This document shows positions 61,460 through 64,000 of a DNA stretch of 64,000 nucleotides, in pieces. The stretch comes from the human T2T-CHM13v2.0 reference genome, Homo sapiens. The DNA is taken from assembly GCF_009914755.1 (NCBI RefSeq), contig NC_060937.1; one strand, written 5' to 3'. The notes beneath the pieces are model-generated. The model was not told the origin of the DNA, made no database searches, and saw only the letters and a list, made by a program, of their open reading frames with translations. The position numbers and the translations under genes were made by a program. The stretch's first letter is position 1; every line of letters begins with the position of its first letter.

Positions 61460-62000
61460 TGGGCCCGCTCTCCAGCTCTTCCTGCCCCAGCTCCCTGGCC
61501 TCCCTTGCTGTCCAGGGTACGAGGCTAGCGGCGCGCCGCGGTCCCCGCTCCCTTGGGGGACAGCGAGCAAGGCGTATGGAAAGGAGGAGGAGAAAGAGGG
61601 GGAAGGGGAAGAGCAAGGGAGGGGAAGGGGGTTCGCGGCTGCCTGGCGCTCAGCAAGTGCAGGAACGGAGGCACCGCAGGGCAGGCGGCCAGGGGCTCGG
61701 AGGCTCTGCCTCTTTGAGTTCCAGAAAAGTCAACCGGGACAGGGCGGTGGAGAGACGCAGTCTTCGCGGGGCGGGCTCGGGCACACTGGCCCTCCGGGAT
61801 CCGCAACATTTTCCAACTTGGAAAACGTCCTCTTTTCCCATTGCAGAAAAAATACGCTAGGAGAGAAAACTAGATTCCTAACTTCAAAACGTTTTAGAAC
61901 AGAGTGTGTCTCTTAAAACTCATATGGCGGATGACGCCAAAACAGTCTGTCTTTTGTTTCCAGCAGTTTCCAGTTGGAAAATTCCTTTGGGAATTTCTTT
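61460..62000. promoter_or_regulatory. CpG-island-like promoter candidate
   Basis: Unique GC/CpG-rich DNA (ggcgcgccgcgg); GC box 61768-61776; YY1-like ATGGCGG and CRE half-site TGACG ~61924-61938; kB-like GGAAAATTCC 61976-61985 and GGGAATTTCT 61989-61998. Confidence 0.7.
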
Positions 62001-62319
62001 GCATCTCAGGCACAAACTTCAACAACAGCCTCAAGTAGCACTGTCTGCATTGCCGGATTCTGATTTCTCTGACCTCTAACAGAAGTTTTCTATTTTACTT
62101 TCGAAGGTAACTGAAAGGGGTTGATTTAATCTACAAAGCTCTATTCTCCTGATGAAAATTTCTTAAGAGATCTCCGGTTTCCCTTGCGTTTATTTCATGG
62201 GAATTAAGATGCTGTGTTTTGATACGGCTTGTGATGCAAAGAGCTGCGCTCCAGGGAGTAGGAAATTTGGTCTTGATGAAGATAGAACAATTCTGAATAA
62301 TATCCAGGTTTTTTTTTTA

Positions 62320-62600
62320 ATTTTTAGATTTTTAAAAATTTTTGTGGGTACATAGTAGGTGTATATATTTATGGGGTACATGAGGGGATGTTTTGATACA
62401 GGCACAATGCATAATAATCACATCATGGAGAATGGGGTGTCCATCCCCTCAAGCATTTATCTTTGTGTTACAAACAATCCAGTTGCACTCTTTTCGTTAT
62501 TTTTAAATGTATAATTAAGTACATTTGACTATAGTCAATAATAACCCGTTGTGCTATCAAATAGGAGTTCTTATTCATTCTTTCTATTTTTTGTACCCTA
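62320..62600 (-). mobile_element. L1MA-type 3' end
   Basis: 'gggtacatagtaggtgtatatatttatggggtacatgag...catcccctcaagcatttatc'. Confidence 0.85.
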
Positions 62601-62995
62601 TCCAATATGTCTGTTTTGAATGGAAAACAGCTAGATAAGCTAGTGAAATTTTCACATGAAATTGAGAAACATCATTAAAAACAAATAGATTTGTAGAGTA
62701 AAGTCAAAGAAATTATAAAGGAGAAAAATAAAAGTAACACACTATAAAATAAGACATATCTTAGAAAAAAGAACTGAAGAATGACAAAATCAAGGGGACC
62801 AAGTCTGATACATAAGTCGTTCTTACTAAAAATTAGTCATTTATTTATTCAGCCAGTTTTCACTGGCCATCTGTTGTGCCACGCCGGGTTGAGATGCTGA
62901 GCATAGCTACCAATTTGTATAAAGGATTGATCTGTCCCTAAGGGTGCCCTAAGGTCAGGGCTGGCCCTGAGACAAATTATGAAATTATACAATAT

Positions 62996-63326
62996 GGCCG
63001 GGTGCAGTGACTCACGCCTGTAATCCCAGCACTTTGGGAGGCCGAGGCGGGCGGATCACAAGGTCAGGAGATCAAGACCATCCTGGCTAACACAGTGAAA
63101 ACCCGTCTCTACTAAAAAATACAAAAAATTAGCTGGGCGTGATGGTGGGCACCTGTAGTCCCAGCTACTCAGGAGGCTGAGGCAGGAGAATCTGCTTGAA
63201 CCTGGGAGGCAGAGGTTGCAGTGAGCTGAGATCGCGCCACTACACTCCAGCCTGTGCAACAGAGCAAGACTCTCCGTCTCAAAAAAAAAAAAAAAAAGAA
63301 AAGAAAGAAAAGGAAAAGAAAAAGAA
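62996..63326 (+). mobile_element. AluSc-type
   Basis: Full Alu; TSD-like gaaat(t)ataca. Confidence 0.95.
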
Positions 63327-63507
63327 ATATACACTATGTATCTTCAGCTTTCCTACTCCTCTTTTTGCAACTTTCTCCCAGCCCCTTTCCCCTTTCTATG
63401 GTTTATTTTCTAATTCTAGTCATCAAAATTAAAAACTTATCTTAGGAATTATATGTATGGTTAGAGTAGTTATGTTTTGATCCAAATTTAGGTCAATGTG
63501 TCCTCCC

Positions 63508-63845
63508 TGTATTTGTCAGCTTGAGGTGCCATAACACAATACCAGAAAGTAGGTGGCTTAGACAACAGAAATTTATTTCTCACAGTTCTGGAGGCTAGGA
63601 AGTCTGAGATCAAGATGCCACAGGTTTGGTTCCTGGTGAGGGTCTCTACCTGGCTTGAGGCAGCTGCCATATTGGTTTGTGCTCACATGACATCTTTGGA
63701 GTCTCACCGGGAGAGAGAGTGAGCCAATTCTCTAGTGCCTTTTACTTGTAAGAGCACAAATCCCATAATGAGGACCCACCTTCATGACCACATCTAAACC
63801 TAATTACTTCTCAAAGGTCCCATCATCAGATACACTCAGCTAGGG
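63508..63845 (-). mobile_element. MLT1A-type MaLR LTR
   Basis: 'acaacagaaatttatttctcacagttctggaggctaggaagtctgagatcaag'. Confidence 0.85.
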
Positions 63846-64000
63846 GTTTTAATGTGCCCCTCAGTGTTCATGTGTTGGAAATGTAATTCTTATTGCAACA
63901 GTGTTGAAAAGTGGGACCTTCAAGAGGTGATTACGTCTTGAGGTCTCTGCCCCCATGAATGGATTAATGTCATTATCACTGGAGTGGGTTTGTTATTGAG
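63846..64000 (+). mobile_element. MST-type MaLR LTR (runs off window)
   Basis: 'ttcatgtgttggaaatgtaa...gtgggaccttcaagaggtgatta...ccatgaatggattaatg'. Confidence 0.75.

Noticed and set aside
61414-61916. 148-aa and 153-aa ORFs over the CpG island
   Set aside because: GC-rich stop-poor sequence, non-ATG starts, low complexity, no recognisable domain

Overview
Repeat-dense primate (human-like) genomic DNA. No cellular protein-coding gene could be recognised; nearly all short ORFs in the track are Alu or L1 read-throughs. The dominant feature is a two-LTR HERV9 (ERV9/LTR12) provirus on the + strand (38864-47311). It has a 4-bp TSD (ATAG), a perfect tRNA-Arg PBS, decayed gag-pro-RT-RNaseH, no integrase, a purine-rich spacer and a TM-only env remnant, and it splits an older MaLR (MLT1K-like) LTR. 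The rest comprises roughly 36 Alus (including a very young AluYe-type copy, a trimeric Alu and a head-to-tail Alu triplet), old L1/L2/MIR fragments, DNA transposons (Tigger3b with nested MER1B, MER20, MER5A, MER2, MER102) and MaLR/ERVL LTRs. A small CpG-island-like promoter candidate lies at about 61.5-62.1 kb. I cannot support a new biological system from sequence alone. The best leads are a 291-codon chimeric RNaseH/charged-linker/env-TM ORF, strongly asymmetric LTRs, a 130-bp cluster of nested palindromes at 58.5 kb and an old ~115-bp locally templated duplication at 47.5/48.5 kb. Repeat subfamily names come from recalled consensus sequences, and boundaries of old repeats are approximate.
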